Counted from the stretch's first letter, positions 1 to 10,877 are shown. The stretch: DNA of 64,000 nucleotides from Anaeromyxobacter sp. (GCA_049840735.1 JASGJN010000004.1:96001-160000); one strand, 5' to 3'. The notes: generated from the letters alone by a model not told the origin. Translations and numbers: made by a program.

Positions 1-865
1 CGAGGATCGAGACCCAGATCACGACCTTCCGGCCGATGCGGTCGCCGATGGGCCCACCCGCGAAGGTCCCGACCGCGACGGCGCCGAGGAAGAGGAACAG
101 GTAGAGCTGCGCCGTCCGGACCGAGACGTCGAAGCGCTGGATCAGGAAGAACGTGTAGAAGCTGCTCAGGCTCGCCATGTAGAAGTACTTGGAGAAGACG
201 AGCGCGACCAGCACCGCGACCGCGAGCGCGACGCGCCGGCGGGGCAGCGCCGGGCCCGGGTGGACCCCGGCGTGGGCGGCGCCGCGGCGCCCCGCGTACC
301 AGCGCCCGACCCCGACCAGCACCACGATCCCGGTGGCCGCCGCGAGCGTGAAGCCCGCGATGCTGCGCTGCCCGAAGGGCAGGATCACGAACGCGGCCAG
401 GAGCGGCCCGACCGCCGACCCGGCGTTGCCACCCACCTGGAACACGGACTGCGCGAGGCCGTGCCGCCCGCCGGAGGCCATCCGCGCCACGCGCGAGGAC
501 TCGGGGTGGAACACCGCCGAGCCGATGCCGATGCAGGCCACGGCCATGAGGACCGTGAGGTAGGTCGGCGCGAACGCCAGGAGCAGCAGCCCGGCCAGCG
601 TGAAGCCCATCCCCACGGCCAGCGAGAACGGCAGCGGCCGGCGATCGGTCACCATCCCGACCACCGGCTGCAGCAGCGACGCGGTGAGCTGCGAGGTGAG
701 CGTGATGGCGCCGATCTGGCCGAAGTCGAGCTGGTAGGCGGTCTTCAGGATGGGGTAGGCGGACGGGATCGCCGACTGGAGCATGTCGTTCAGCAGGTGG
801 CAGAAGCTCACCGCCGCGAGCACGCGGATCCCGGTCCGGCCTTCTTTCGACTCCACCGTTGTCAC
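1..865 (-). CDS. fsr: MFS transporter, fosmidomycin-resistance (Fsr) family; 3' end runs off the window
   Basis: Manual translation of the minus strand (not in the ORF track): GTG at 865, ...SFCHLLNDMLQS...LVFSKYFYMASLSSFYTFFLIQRFDVSVRTAQLYLFLFLGAVAVGTFAGGPIGDRIGRK, typical of Fsr. The start overlaps the LysR stop (GTGA). Confidence 0.85.
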   Translation of the reverse strand, partial: MTTVESKEGRTGIRVLAAVSFCHLLNDMLQSAIPSAYPILKTAYQLDFGQIGAITLTSQLTASLLQPVVGMVTDRRPLPFSLAVGMGFTLAGLLLLAFAPTYLTVLMAVACIGIGSAVFHPESSRVARMASGGRHGLAQSVFQVGGNAGSAVGPLLAAFVILPFGQRSIAGFTLAAATGIVVLVGVGRWYAGRRGAAHAGVHPGPALPRRRVALAVAVLVALVFSKYFYMASLSSFYTFFLIQRFDVSVRTAQLYLFLFLGAVAVGTFAGGPIGDRIGRKVVIWVSIL

Positions 866-1800
866 CTCGACGTGGCGGGCGCCGCGCTGCGGTCGCCTGG
901 GAGGGAGCGCCGCTGTGGTGTAGCGGTCGAGAACACCGGCCGCAACCTCGCCACCAGCGCGTCCACCAGCGCCCGCACGCCGCGCGACCGGCGCAGGTCG
1001 CGGTGGAAGACGATCCACAGGTCGCGCTCGACCGAGCCGCTCTCCGGCAGCACGCGCTCGAGGTCCGGCCACAGCCCGGCCAGCGCGGCGGGCAGGGCCG
1101 CGATCCCGGCGCCGGCCCGCACCGCCTCGATGAGCGCGAGCAGGCTGCTGCTCTGGAACCGGGTGCTGGACCGCGGGGCCAGGCGCGAGAGCCAGCGCGC
1201 CTGCGGGGTCCGGGCGTAGCTGTCGTCCAGCGTGCAGAGCGCGTGGCCTTCCAGGTCGGCGGCCGTGCGGGGCCGGCCCCGGGAGGCCAGGTAGGCCGAG
1301 GAGGCGTACAGGCCGTAGCGCGCGACGCCGACGCGGCGCCCGGAGAGCGCCTTCTCCGCGGGGCGGCCGATGCGGAGCGCGAGGTCGGCCTCGCGCCGCG
1401 CCAGGTCGAGCGCGCGGTTCTCGATGCGCAGCCGGAGCTGCAGGCCCGGGTGCTCGCGCCCCAGCTCGACCAGCAGCGGCGTGAGGAGCGGGATGCCCCA
1501 CTCCGCCGAGGTCAGGGTCACGACCCCCGCCTGCGCCCCGGCGCGGCCCAGGCGGTCCCGCTCGAAGGCCAGCTGCACCTCCTCCAGCCGCTCGGCCGCC
1601 TCGACCACCTCGCGCCCCTCGGGCGTCGCCTCCAGGCGGCGCGCGGACCTCACGAAGAGCCGCGCGCCAAGCCGCGCCTCCGCCGCCTCCAGCCGCCGCC
1701 CCGCCGTGGCCGGATCCACGCCCAGCGCGAGGGCGGCGCCCTTGAGCGAGCCGGCGCGGGCCACGGCGAGGACGTCCCGGAAGTCCTGGGGTTCGAGCAT
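862..1800 (-). CDS. LysR-family transcriptional regulator
   Basis: N-terminal HTH DFRDVLAVARAGSLKGAALALGVDPATAGRRLEAAEARLGARLFVR; effector domain LARREADLALRIG. ATG at 1800, divergent from the hydrolase operon. Confidence 0.93.
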   Translation of the reverse strand: MLEPQDFRDVLAVARAGSLKGAALALGVDPATAGRRLEAAEARLGARLFVRSARRLEATPEGREVVEAAERLEEVQLAFERDRLGRAGAQAGVVTLTSAEWGIPLLTPLLVELGREHPGLQLRLRIENRALDLARREADLALRIGRPAEKALSGRRVGVARYGLYASSAYLASRGRPRTAADLEGHALCTLDDSYARTPQARWLSRLAPRSSTRFQSSSLLALIEAVRAGAGIAALPAALAGLWPDLERVLPESGSVERDLWIVFHRDLRRSRGVRALVDALVARLRPVFSTATPQRRSLPGDRSAAPATSR

Positions 1801-1923
1801 GGACCGCATTCTTGCACGCCTCGAATGCGCAGGTGCCGGTTGTTCCGGGGCGCGCGCCCGGACAGGTTCAGGCCCGTCGAGCGGGGCCCGCCGGCGCGGC
1901 GCCGGCTCCCCGCGGGAGGACGC

Positions 1924-2556
1924 ATGACCGAGACCCTGGACGTCGCCGGACCGGAGCGGGCCGCGCTGCTGCTGATCGAGCTCCAGCACGAGTGGCTCCA
2001 CCCCGAGGGCAGGCTGCACCGGCTCGTCGAGCCGGCGCTCCTGGCGGAGGCGGCGGACGGGGCGGGGCGCGCCCTGGGCGCGGCGCGCGCTGCCGGCATG
2101 CTGGTCGTCCACGCCGGGCTGCGCTTCGCCCCGGGCTACCCGGAGCTGGGGGCCGCCCGCAGCGGGCTGCGAGCGGCCATCCGCCGCGCCGGCACCTTCG
2201 CGGCGGCGGGGCCGGGCAGCACCTTCTGGCCTCCCTTCGTGCCGCGGGACGGGGAGCTGGTCGTGCAGGGCCGCGCGGGCGCGAGCGCCTTCGCCGGCTC
2301 CAACCTGGACCTCCTCCTGCGCGCCAGGCGCGTCAGCCAGATCTACCTGGCCGGCCTCGCGCTCCACGTCTGCGTCGCTGCCACCGCCTGGGCGGCGCAG
2401 GACCTGGGCTACGAGGTGACGGTGCTGGAGGACGCCACGGCGGCCTTCGACCGGCGCCAGCACGCCGCCACGCTGGAGGACGTCGTGCACCACGTGGGCG
2501 AGCGGATGTCGGTGAAGCGGTTCCAGGGGGCGCTCGCGCCCTGGCGGGCCGCCTGA
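1924..2556 (+). CDS. Isochorismatase / cysteine hydrolase family protein
   Basis: RBS GGAGG then ATG at 1924; ALLLIELQ, SAFAGSNLDLLLRAR, GLALHVCV and LGYEVTVLEDAT motifs. Confidence 0.88.
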   Translation: MTETLDVAGPERAALLLIELQHEWLHPEGRLHRLVEPALLAEAADGAGRALGAARAAGMLVVHAGLRFAPGYPELGAARSGLRAAIRRAGTFAAAGPGSTFWPPFVPRDGELVVQGRAGASAFAGSNLDLLLRARRVSQIYLAGLALHVCVAATAWAAQDLGYEVTVLEDATAAFDRRQHAATLEDVVHHVGERMSVKRFQGALAPWRAA

Positions 2557-2615
2557 GCGGAGTGTTCCACCAGCAGCAGCATCACAGCCGCGCCGATCCG
2601 GCGCGAGGAGGCGAC

Positions 2616-3020
2616 ATGGAGCAGGGAAGCGCAGGGGTGGTGAAGGCGTTCTTCGCGGCCTTCGGGCAGGGCGACGCGGCGGGTGCGCTCGCGACCTTCC
2701 ACCCGGAGGTCGAGATCGTGGCGGTGCGCGACGCGAGCCGGAGGCCGGGCGAGCTGCACGGCAGCTACCGCGGCGACGGCGGGGCCCGGGAGTTCCTGTC
2801 CGCGCTGGGCGCCGCCTTCGAGACCGAGGCGTTCACCGTGGACGAGGTGGTGGGCGGAGGCGACGTGGCCTACGCGAGCGGGCGGTTCACCCACCGGGTG
2901 CGCGCCACCGGCAAGCCGTTCAGCAGCGCCTGGGCGCTGCGCTGCGTGATCGCGGAGGGCAGGATCCGCCGGTTCCGGTTCTACGAGGACTCGGCCGCCT
3001 ACCTCGCGGCCGCGCGGTGA
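2616..3020 (+). CDS. SnoaL-like / NTF2 family protein
   Basis: RBS GAGGAGG then ATG at 2616; VVKAFFAAFGQGD...ATGKPFSSAWALRCVIAEGRIRRFRFYEDSA pattern. Confidence 0.85.
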   Translation: MEQGSAGVVKAFFAAFGQGDAAGALATFHPEVEIVAVRDASRRPGELHGSYRGDGGAREFLSALGAAFETEAFTVDEVVGGGDVAYASGRFTHRVRATGKPFSSAWALRCVIAEGRIRRFRFYEDSAAYLAAAR

Positions 3021-3033
3021 GGGAGGCCGACCG

Positions 3034-4038
3034 ATGAAGGCGATCGTGGCGACCGGCGGGGCGGTGGACGGGCTGCGGGACGTCGAGCTGCCGCCCCCCG
3101 TGGCCGGCGCGCATGACCTGGTGGTGGAGGTGCGGGCCGTCTCGGTGAACCCGGTGGACGCCAAGGTCCGGGCCCGCGCCGGCGGCCCGGGCCCGCCCAG
3201 GGTGCTGGGCTGGGACGCCGCGGGGGTGGTGGCGGAGGTCGGGCCGGCCGTGACGCGGTTCCGGCCTGGCGACGAGGTCTGGTTCGCCGGCGACGTGCGG
3301 CGCGCCGGCTCGAACGCCGAGCGGTGCGCGGTGGACGAGCGGATCGTCGGGCGCAAGCCGCGCAGCCTCGGGTTCGCCGAGGCCGCGGCGCTGCCGCTCA
3401 CGGCGCTGACCGCGCACGAGGCGCTGCTGGCCCGGGTGCAGCTCGGGCGCGGCGCGGCCAGCGCGGGGAAGCGGCTCCTGGTGATCGGCGGCGCCGGCGG
3501 CGTGGGGTCCGTCGCCATCCAGCTCGCGAAGGCCCTGACCGGCGCCAGCGTGACCGCCACCGCCAGCCGTCCGGAGAGCGCCGCGTGGGCGCGCGAGCTG
3601 GGGGCCGACCACGTGATCGACCACGCGCGCCCGCTGGGGCCGCAGCTCGAGGGGCTCGGCCTCCCCGCGCCGGACGTGGTGCTCTGCACGGCCGACACCG
3701 ACCCCTACTTCTCCCAGCTCGCGGCGCTGATCGCGCCGCAGGGCACGCTCTGCTTCATCGTCCCGCCGCGGGCGCCGGTGGACCTGGCGCCGCTCCACGC
3801 CAGGTCGGCCGCGGTCGCCTGGGAGCTCATGTTCACCCGCTCGACGTACGGCACGGCCGACCTGGAGGAGCAGCATCGCATCCTGACGGAGGTCGCGGCG
3901 CTGGTGGACGCCGGGCGGATCCGCTCGACGCTCCGGCAGCGGCTCGGGCCCATCTGCGCGGCCACGCTCCGGGAGGCGCACCGTCGCATCGAGCGCGGCG
4001 ACACCATCGGGAAGATCGTGCTGGAGGGGTGGGGGTGA
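3034..4038 (+). CDS. Zinc-type alcohol dehydrogenase-like / quinone oxidoreductase (MDR family)
   Basis: VSVNPVDAK, LGWDAAGVV, AAALPLTALTA, IGGAGGVGS, WELMFTRS and GKIVLEG motifs. Confidence 0.92.
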   Translation: MKAIVATGGAVDGLRDVELPPPVAGAHDLVVEVRAVSVNPVDAKVRARAGGPGPPRVLGWDAAGVVAEVGPAVTRFRPGDEVWFAGDVRRAGSNAERCAVDERIVGRKPRSLGFAEAAALPLTALTAHEALLARVQLGRGAASAGKRLLVIGGAGGVGSVAIQLAKALTGASVTATASRPESAAWARELGADHVIDHARPLGPQLEGLGLPAPDVVLCTADTDPYFSQLAALIAPQGTLCFIVPPRAPVDLAPLHARSAAVAWELMFTRSTYGTADLEEQHRILTEVAALVDAGRIRSTLRQRLGPICAATLREAHRRIERGDTIGKIVLEGWG

Positions 4039-4353
4039 GGACGGACCGCCCGGGGCGGGCCGGCGGCGTGCCCAGAGGGCGTCCTTCCAGCGGACCTGCA
4101 CATGGGCCGCAACCGAGCCGGGGATCGAGCGCTCGCCCGGCGGGCAGCTGGCCGTACCCAGGACCGACAGCCCGCCTCCCTGGGTGGTCTTCACCGCGCT
4201 GACCTCCCCCCCGAGGCGACCCGAGGTCAGGGGCGACCCTGGCGCCGCCGGGCAGCGCTGCCCCATCGAGCCCCCGCGCCCGGGCGGCGGGAAAGGCGAC
4301 CCCGGCGCGTCCGGGTGCCAGGAGTTTACCCTTCGTTGAACGCCGGGGCGCGC

Positions 4354-4369
4354 TGGCACGCCTCCTGCT
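4354..4369 (+). promoter_or_regulatory. Putative sigma54 (-24/-12) promoter of the MCP gene
   Basis: TGGCACGCCTCCTGCT has GG-N10-GC spacing with a perfect TGGCACG, 12 nt before the ATG at 4382. Confidence 0.6.
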
Positions 4370-4381
4370 CTTCGGGCGGTC

Positions 4382-7006
4382 ATGTTCACGCGGATGAAGA
4401 TGGGCTCCAAGGTCATGGCCGGCTTCGTGCTCGCCACCGTCATCATGACGGCGGTGGGCGTCATCGCCTTCGAGATGGCGAGCGGGATCCGCGGCCGGCT
4501 CGACGACGTCGCCGAGAACCGGCTGCCCTCGATCACGGCGCTGCTGGGGGTGCGCGAGGGCCAGACGCTGGTGACCCGGGGCCTCAACGCCCTCTTCATG
4601 CCCGAGTTCATCGCCGACAGGGCGCTCCGCGTCCGCGGGCACGCCCTGGTGGACAAGGGCTTCGAGCAGCTCGACGCGGCCATCCGCGAGTACGAGGCCC
4701 TCCCGCACGACGAACACGCCCAGGGGTTCTGGCGCGAGGCGCGGACCGCGCTGGATGCCTGGCGGCTGCGGGCGAAGGCGGTAGACGAGCTCGTGCTCGA
4801 GAAGGAGCAGGCGCTGGACGCCGGCGCCGCCGTGTCGGCGGTGCACGAGCGCGCCTGGGCCGCCTACCTCGAGATGAGGGACGCCTATGACCCGGTGGCC
4901 CTGACCGTGAACGCGGCGCTCGCTGACGCCCAGGGAGACACGGCCGCGCTGCGCGCCGAGGGCGGCGCCATGGCGCGGCGTGGCGTGACCGTGATCGCCT
5001 TCACGGTGCTGGGCGGCTCCCTCCTGCTGATCCTGGTGGGCGTCCTGATCGGCCGTCACATCGGGCAGATGATGGGCGCGGTGACCCGGGAGGCGGACAA
5101 GCTCCGCGCCGCGGTCTCGGCCGGGCGGCTGGAGGTGCGGGGCGCCGCCGAGGGCCTCACGCCGGAGTTCCGCCCGGTGGTCGAGGGGATGAACGCGACC
5201 ATGGACGCGTTCATGAAGCCGATCCGGGTGACGGCCGAGTACGTCACGCGCATCTCCAGCGGCGACGTGCCGCCGCCCATCACCGACCACTACGAGGGCG
5301 ACTTCAACCTCATCAAGGACTCGCTCAACCGCTGCATCGGCTCCATCCGCGCCCTCATCACCGACACGGCCGCGCTGGCGCAGGCGGGCGTGGAGGGCAA
5401 GCTCTCCACCCGCGTGGATCCCGCCAGGCACCAGGGGGACTTCCGGCGCATCGTGCAGGGCGTGAACGACACGCTCGACGCCGTGGTCGGGCCCCTCTCG
5501 GTGGCCGCCGACGCGGTGGACGCGATCGCCCGCGGCGAGGTCCCGCCCCGGATCGCCGCCACCTACCGCGGGGACTTCGAGGTGCTGAGGCGGAACCTCA
5601 ACACCTGCATCGACGCCATCCAGGCGCTGGTGACGGACGCGAAGGCGCTCTCCGCCGCCGCGGTGGCCGGGGAGTTCGACGTCCGGGCCGACGCGGAGAA
5701 GCACCGGGGGGACTTCCGCGCCATCGTGCAGGGCGTGAACGACACCATCGAGGCCATCGTGGGGCCGTTCCGGGTGATGGCCGACTACTGCGAGCGGATC
5801 TCCCATGGCGACATCCCGCCCCGCCGCGCCAACGCGGTCCAGGGGCAGGTCGTCGGGATGCAGCAGAGCCTCAACCGCTGCGTGGAGGCCCTCTCCCGGC
5901 TGGTCGCGGACGTGAACACGCTGGCGGGCTCCGCCGTCGCCGGCGACCTGTCGGCGCGGATCGACGCCGCCCGCCACGAGGGCGCGTTCCACACGGCGCT
6001 GGACGGCGTGAACCGGACCATGGAGGCGGTCATCGCCCCGGTGAACCAGGCCACCGCCACCCTGGAGCTGCTCGCCCGGCGCGACCTCCGGGCCCGCGTG
6101 GAGGGAGGTTTCAAGGGCGACCACGCCAAGCTCAAGGACGCCGTGAACACGACCGCGGAGGCGCTGCAGGAGGCCCTGATCCAGGTCGCGGAGGCGAGCG
6201 ATCAGGTCTCCGGCGCTTCCTCGCAGATCGCCTCCTCGGCCCAGGCCGTCGCCTCGGGCGCCTCCGAGCAGGCGGCGTCCCTGGAGGAGACGAGCGCGTC
6301 GCTCGAGTCGGTCGCCAACATGGTGAAGAACTCCGCCGACGCGGCCCGGGAGGCGAACGGCCTCGTGCAGCGGACCGGGCAGGCCGCCAGCGAGGGCGCC
6401 CGCGCGGTGGAGGAGCTGCAGGGCACCATGGGGCGGATCAAGGCCTCCGCGGAGGCCACCTCGGAGATCATCAGGGACGTGAGCGACATCGCCTTCCAGA
6501 CCAACCTCCTCGCGCTCAACGCGGCCGTCGAGGCGGCGCGGGCCGGGGAGGCGGGGCGCGGCTTCGCCGTGGTGGCCGAGGAGGTCCGGTCGCTGGCGCT
6601 GCGCGCCAAGGAGGCCGCCTCCAGGACGGAAGCGCTGATCCGGCAGTCGGTCGGCCAGGCGGTGGCAGGCGAGCAGGTGGCCGCGCACGTCTCGGGGCAG
6701 CTCACGGACATCGTCCGGGGCGTCGGCAAGGTCACGGAGATCGTCGCCACCATCGCGGCGGCGGCCCAGGAGCAGGACACCGCCGTCCAGCAGGTCACCA
6801 CCGCGGTGGGCGAGATGGACAAGGTCACCCAGCAGAACGCGGCCAGCGCCGAGGAGTCCTCGTCGGCGGCGAGCGAGCTCTCCAGCCAGGCCGAGGAGCT
6901 GGCCGCGATGGTGGGCGCCTTCCAGCTCGACCGGCGCGAGGCGAGCCGCCCGAACGGTGCCGGGGCGTTCCACTTGCCCGCCCCGCGCCGCAGGCTCAGG
7001 GCCTGA
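4382..7006 (+). CDS. Methyl-accepting chemotaxis protein with periplasmic four-helix sensor and tandem HAMP repeats
   Basis: Two TM segments, ~91-aa repeated HAMP units, signalling domain [34 protein letters not shown]. Confidence 0.96.
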   Translation: MFTRMKMGSKVMAGFVLATVIMTAVGVIAFEMASGIRGRLDDVAENRLPSITALLGVREGQTLVTRGLNALFMPEFIADRALRVRGHALVDKGFEQLDAAIREYEALPHDEHAQGFWREARTALDAWRLRAKAVDELVLEKEQALDAGAAVSAVHERAWAAYLEMRDAYDPVALTVNAALADAQGDTAALRAEGGAMARRGVTVIAFTVLGGSLLLILVGVLIGRHIGQMMGAVTREADKLRAAVSAGRLEVRGAAEGLTPEFRPVVEGMNATMDAFMKPIRVTAEYVTRISSGDVPPPITDHYEGDFNLIKDSLNRCIGSIRALITDTAALAQAGVEGKLSTRVDPARHQGDFRRIVQGVNDTLDAVVGPLSVAADAVDAIARGEVPPRIAATYRGDFEVLRRNLNTCIDAIQALVTDAKALSAAAVAGEFDVRADAEKHRGDFRAIVQGVNDTIEAIVGPFRVMADYCERISHGDIPPRRANAVQGQVVGMQQSLNRCVEALSRLVADVNTLAGSAVAGDLSARIDAARHEGAFHTALDGVNRTMEAVIAPVNQATATLELLARRDLRARVEGGFKGDHAKLKDAVNTTAEALQEALIQVAEASDQVSGASSQIASSAQAVASGASEQAASLEETSASLESVANMVKNSADAAREANGLVQRTGQAASEGARAVEELQGTMGRIKASAEATSEIIRDVSDIAFQTNLLALNAAVEAARAGEAGRGFAVVAEEVRSLALRAKEAASRTEALIRQSVGQAVAGEQVAAHVSGQLTDIVRGVGKVTEIVATIAAAAQEQDTAVQQVTTAVGEMDKVTQQNAASAEESSSAASELSSQAEELAAMVGAFQLDRREASRPNGAGAFHLPAPRRRLRA

Positions 7007-7373
7007 GGGGCTCTTCGGCTGGCGGTCCGTCCACGTCCGGTTCACGCGGCGGCGAGCCATTCAGGTACCCCCTAACGGGGCATCGATAGTCCAAATACTC
7101 CTCGCGCTTCGCCTGCGCCTGGTTTTCGCAACCACTCCTGATCCCGAGACCTTGCGGGCCGCCGGACGCGACGCGCGGGTGGGTTCTCCTCCCACCTCTG
7201 CACGCTCCGGCGCCAGTCCGCTTCGGTTGCCCTGCTCCCCCCACCTACCTAGGGTGGCGCCCTTTACGCGTGGTGGGGGTCACCACCGGGCCGCGATGGC
7301 ATCGGCGCGGCGAGCAGCCGTGAGCGGGTTTCGCCGCCGGAGGGGCCTGTCCTCGGCGGCAGTGGGAGAGGGA

Positions 7374-10300
7374 ATGAAGCCTATGTTCGGGCGCGCGCCG
7401 CGCGCCGCGGTGGTGTGGGGCCTCGCGCTCCTGGCGAGCGCGCTGGTGGCCTGCGGTGGTGGCGGCGGTGGCGGCGGCGAGGAGCCGCCCGTCGTCGACA
7501 CCACGCCGCCCTCCGTGCCGCAGAACGTCTCCGCGGCCGTGAGCGGCAGCAGCATCACCGTGACCTGGGACGGCGCCAGCGACGACACCGGGATCGATCA
7601 CTACGTGATCGCCCGCACCGGCGGCACGCAGGGGCTGGTGGTCGCGACCGTCGCCGTCACCACCTTCACGGCCAGCGGCCTGCCCCCGGCCACCACCTAC
7701 AGCTTCACGGTGACGGCCTACGACGCGGCCGGGAACAGCTCCGGCGCGTCGGCCCCGGCCATCGGCACCACCGACCCGGAGCCGCCGACGCCGCCGGACA
7801 ACTCGGCCATCGTCTATTACGCGGCGCCGGACAGCTGGGCCACCGTCAACCTCCACTACGGCATCGGCGACACCTGGGTCTCGCCGCCGGGCGTGGCCAT
7901 GCAGCGCGTCTGCGCCGGCTGGGCGAAGAAGGAGCTCGAGCTCGGCACGGCCACGACCTTCCTGGCCGACTTCAACGACGGCATCACCTGGGACGACAAC
8001 GGCGGCAGCTACTACACCCTGCCCGCCGGCACCTCCACGGTGAGCGGCGGGGTGGTGACCGCCGGCGCGTCCAACCCCTGCCCCGGCGTGGACTCGACGC
8101 CGCCCACGGTCCCGCAGGGCGTGGCCGTCACGGCGAACGGCACCAGCGGCATCACCGTCACCTGGGCCGCCTCGACGGACGACACGGGGGTGGATCACTA
8201 CGAGATCACCCGCACCGGCGGGACGCAGGGCACGGTGGTCGGGACCGCCACCGCCACCACCTTCACGGCCACCGGCCTGACCGCGGCCACGACCTACAGC
8301 TTCACCGTGAGGGCCCATGACGCGGCAGGGAACGCCTCGGAGGCATCCTCGCCGGCGATCACCACCACCGACCCCGAGCCGCCGCCGCCGCCCAACACGG
8401 CCACCGTCTACTACGCGCCCGCCTCCGGGTGGACCACCGTCAACATCCACTACGGCATCGCCGGCGTCTGGACCACGCCGCCAGGGATCGCCATGCAGCA
8501 GGCGTGCGCTGGCTGGTGGCTGAAGCAGATCGACCTCGGCACCAACACGAGCTTCAAGGTCACCTTCAACAACGGCACGGCCTGGGACAACAACGGCGGG
8601 CAGGACTACACCGTCGGCGCCGGCGTCACCACGGTGAGCAACCGCGTGGTCACCTCCAACGCCGCGAGCCCCTGCGGCGTGGACGACACGCCGCCTTCCA
8701 CCCCGCTGAACGTGACCGCCACGCCGAGCGGGACCAGCGTCACCGTCACCTGGTCCGCCTCCACCGACGATCACGCGGTGAGCGGCTACGAGGTCACCCG
8801 GACCGGCGGCAGCCAGGGCACGGTGGTCGGCACCGCCTCCACCACCACCTTCTCGGTGAGCAGCCTGTCCCCCAGCACCACCTACACGTTCACGGTGAAG
8901 GCGGTCGACACCTCCAGCAACAAGTCGGCTGCGAGCGCGGCGGCCCAGGCCACCACCGGCGACGGCTCGGCCGTCTACCCGGACCGGCTGGGCGCGCTCT
9001 ACCTGCCGGCGGCCACGAAGTTCCGCCTCTGGTCGCCGGACAGCAGCAGCGTCACCGTCACCGTCGGCGGCACCACCTACCCGATGGTCCACGTGGCGGA
9101 CTTCGCCGGCTACACGTCGATCTACGAGGCCACCGTGTCCGGCGACCTCGAGCTGCAGCCCTACCAGTTCGCGGTGGGCGGCGCGGCGGTGCGCGATCCC
9201 TACGCGCTGATGGTCAACCCCGGAACCACGCAGGGCGTCGTGATGGACATGGCCTCCATCGCGCCGGCCGGCGGCTGGGCCGCCACGCCCGCCCTCGTCA
9301 ACCGTGAGGACGCCATCATCTACGAGACGCACGTGCGCGACTTCACCATCGACGCGAACTCGGGCGTCGACGCGGCGAGGAAGGGCAAGTTCCTGGGCAT
9401 GGTCCAGACCGGGACCACCTACGGCACGGCCAAGACCGGCCTCGACCACCTGAAGGAGCTGGGCGTCACGCACGTGCAGCTCATGCCGGTCTACGACTTC
9501 GGCACGGCCCTCTACAACTGGGGCTACGACCCGGTGAACTACAACGTGCCCGAGGAGCAGTACGCCCAGGCGACGGATCCCGTCGGCCGCGTCCAGGAGT
9601 TCCAGACCATGGTCAACGAGCTCCACAAGAACGGCCTGCGGGTCGTGGTGGACGTGGTCTACAACCACACCTACGACAAGACCGTCCTGCAGCTCATCAC
9701 CGGCAAGTACTACACCACGGTCGATCTGTCCGGCGTCGGCAACTCCATCGACGACGGCAACCCCATGGTCGCGCGGATGATCCAGGACAGCCTGGAGCAG
9801 TGGGTCCGCAACTACAACGTGGACGGCTTCCGCTTCGACCTGCTGGGCGTCTTCTACGCCACCAACGCCGCCGCCTGGGGCAACCACCTCAACGCCACCT
9901 TCCCGACCAGGAACCTGCTGCTCTACGGCGAGCCCTGGAACGGCTACGCCACCGACCCCAACGACGCGCAGAAGGTCCGCTTCGGCAAGATGCCGACCCT
10001 GGCCGGCGCGCACGTCGGCGTCTTCAACGGCGGCTACCGCGACGACCTGCGCGGCCCCGGCGACAGCGCGGTGCAGCGCTACGTCGTGAACCAGGCCCCC
10101 AGCTGGTGGGGCGCCATCGCCGCCGGCTCCCGCGGCTCGATCACGGCGACCAAGAGCACCAGCGCGCTGCCCAACGCCTGGGACTCGATGTTCGCCTACG
10201 ACCCCGAGCAGGCCATCAACTACGTCTCGGCCCACGACAACCTGAACATGTGGGACAAGATCAACTACGCGGGCCTCTCCGGCGGCCCCACCGGCTACGC

Positions 10301-10850
10301 CGGCCGCGTGGACCGCTTCACCATCGGCATCCTCATGACCAGCCAGGGCATCCCCTTCTTCTACGAGGGGGACGAGATGCTGCACAGCAAGGCGTACGGC
10401 GGCGACTACACCACCGCCAAGAACAGCTACCGGGCCGGCGACAACTACAACGCCATCCGCTGGGCCGACAAGGTCACCAACGCGGCCACCCACCAGTTCT
10501 ACCGCGACGCCATCGCGCTCCGCCGCGCCAACCCGGCGCTCCGGCTCACCAGCTGGGACGAGATCAACACCCGCGTCCGGACCACCCTCAACGCCGGCTC
10601 GCAGAGCGCGTCGTCCATCAACGCCGTCCACGACGCCTCGCTCCCCGCCGGCGTGGTGGTGAACAGCATCGACGCCGACGGGAACGTGGGCAACGGCCAC
10701 GAGCTGGTGGTGGTCTACAACAACGGCAACAGCTTCAACCTCACCCTCCCCGCCGGCAGCTGGACCAAGATCTTCGACGCCGGCGGCGCCGTCTCGAAGA
10801 CCGACGTGGTCTGCGAGGGGACCGCGGTGACCGTGTTCAGGAAGAACTAG
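7374..10850 (+). CDS. Lipoprotein pullulanase-type alpha-glucan hydrolase (GH13) with three FN3 and two CBM25-like modules
   Basis: ATG at 7374; lipobox LVA-C then a poly-Gly linker; FN3 repeats (YSFTVTAYDAAGN); CBM repeats (HYG..W...PG..M..CAGW...WDNNGG); YNWGYDP, DVVYNH, DGFRFDL, YGEPW and HDN catalytic motifs intact. Confidence 0.92.
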   Translation: MKPMFGRAPRAAVVWGLALLASALVACGGGGGGGGEEPPVVDTTPPSVPQNVSAAVSGSSITVTWDGASDDTGIDHYVIARTGGTQGLVVATVAVTTFTASGLPPATTYSFTVTAYDAAGNSSGASAPAIGTTDPEPPTPPDNSAIVYYAAPDSWATVNLHYGIGDTWVSPPGVAMQRVCAGWAKKELELGTATTFLADFNDGITWDDNGGSYYTLPAGTSTVSGGVVTAGASNPCPGVDSTPPTVPQGVAVTANGTSGITVTWAASTDDTGVDHYEITRTGGTQGTVVGTATATTFTATGLTAATTYSFTVRAHDAAGNASEASSPAITTTDPEPPPPPNTATVYYAPASGWTTVNIHYGIAGVWTTPPGIAMQQACAGWWLKQIDLGTNTSFKVTFNNGTAWDNNGGQDYTVGAGVTTVSNRVVTSNAASPCGVDDTPPSTPLNVTATPSGTSVTVTWSASTDDHAVSGYEVTRTGGSQGTVVGTASTTTFSVSSLSPSTTYTFTVKAVDTSSNKSAASAAAQATTGDGSAVYPDRLGALYLPAATKFRLWSPDSSSVTVTVGGTTYPMVHVADFAGYTSIYEATVSGDLELQPYQFAVGGAAVRDPYALMVNPGTTQGVVMDMASIAPAGGWAATPALVNREDAIIYETHVRDFTIDANSGVDAARKGKFLGMVQTGTTYGTAKTGLDHLKELGVTHVQLMPVYDFGTALYNWGYDPVNYNVPEEQYAQATDPVGRVQEFQTMVNELHKNGLRVVVDVVYNHTYDKTVLQLITGKYYTTVDLSGVGNSIDDGNPMVARMIQDSLEQWVRNYNVDGFRFDLLGVFYATNAAAWGNHLNATFPTRNLLLYGEPWNGYATDPNDAQKVRFGKMPTLAGAHVGVFNGGYRDDLRGPGDSAVQRYVVNQAPSWWGAIAAGSRGSITATKSTSALPNAWDSMFAYDPEQAINYVSAHDNLNMWDKINYAGLSGGPTGYAGRVDRFTIGILMTSQGIPFFYEGDEMLHSKAYGGDYTTAKNSYRAGDNYNAIRWADKVTNAATHQFYRDAIALRRANPALRLTSWDEINTRVRTTLNAGSQSASSINAVHDASLPAGVVVNSIDADGNVGNGHELVVVYNNGNSFNLTLPAGSWTKIFDAGGAVSKTDVVCEGTAVTVFRKN

Positions 10851-10877
10851 CCGACGGGCGCGGCTGACGGGCCGCGA

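Noticed and set aside
7297..7312. Sigma54-like TGGCATCGGCGCGGC upstream of the pullulanase
   Set aside because: GG-N10-GC spacing is present but the -12 element lacks TT/TG context, so it is likely chance in GC-rich DNA.
7007..7373. Riboswitch or ncRNA in the long leader upstream of the pullulanase
   Set aside because: Only short GC stems are visible, and I could not recognise a riboswitch consensus or a LacI-type operator.
3833..10700. Very long antisense and alternative-frame ORFs (e.g. 3833..7060-, 7245..10700-, also 31025..34978+ and 37052..40378-)
   Set aside because: These are shadow ORFs of real genes, caused by high GC3 and few stop codons. The translations are Arg/Gly/Ala-rich with no motifs.
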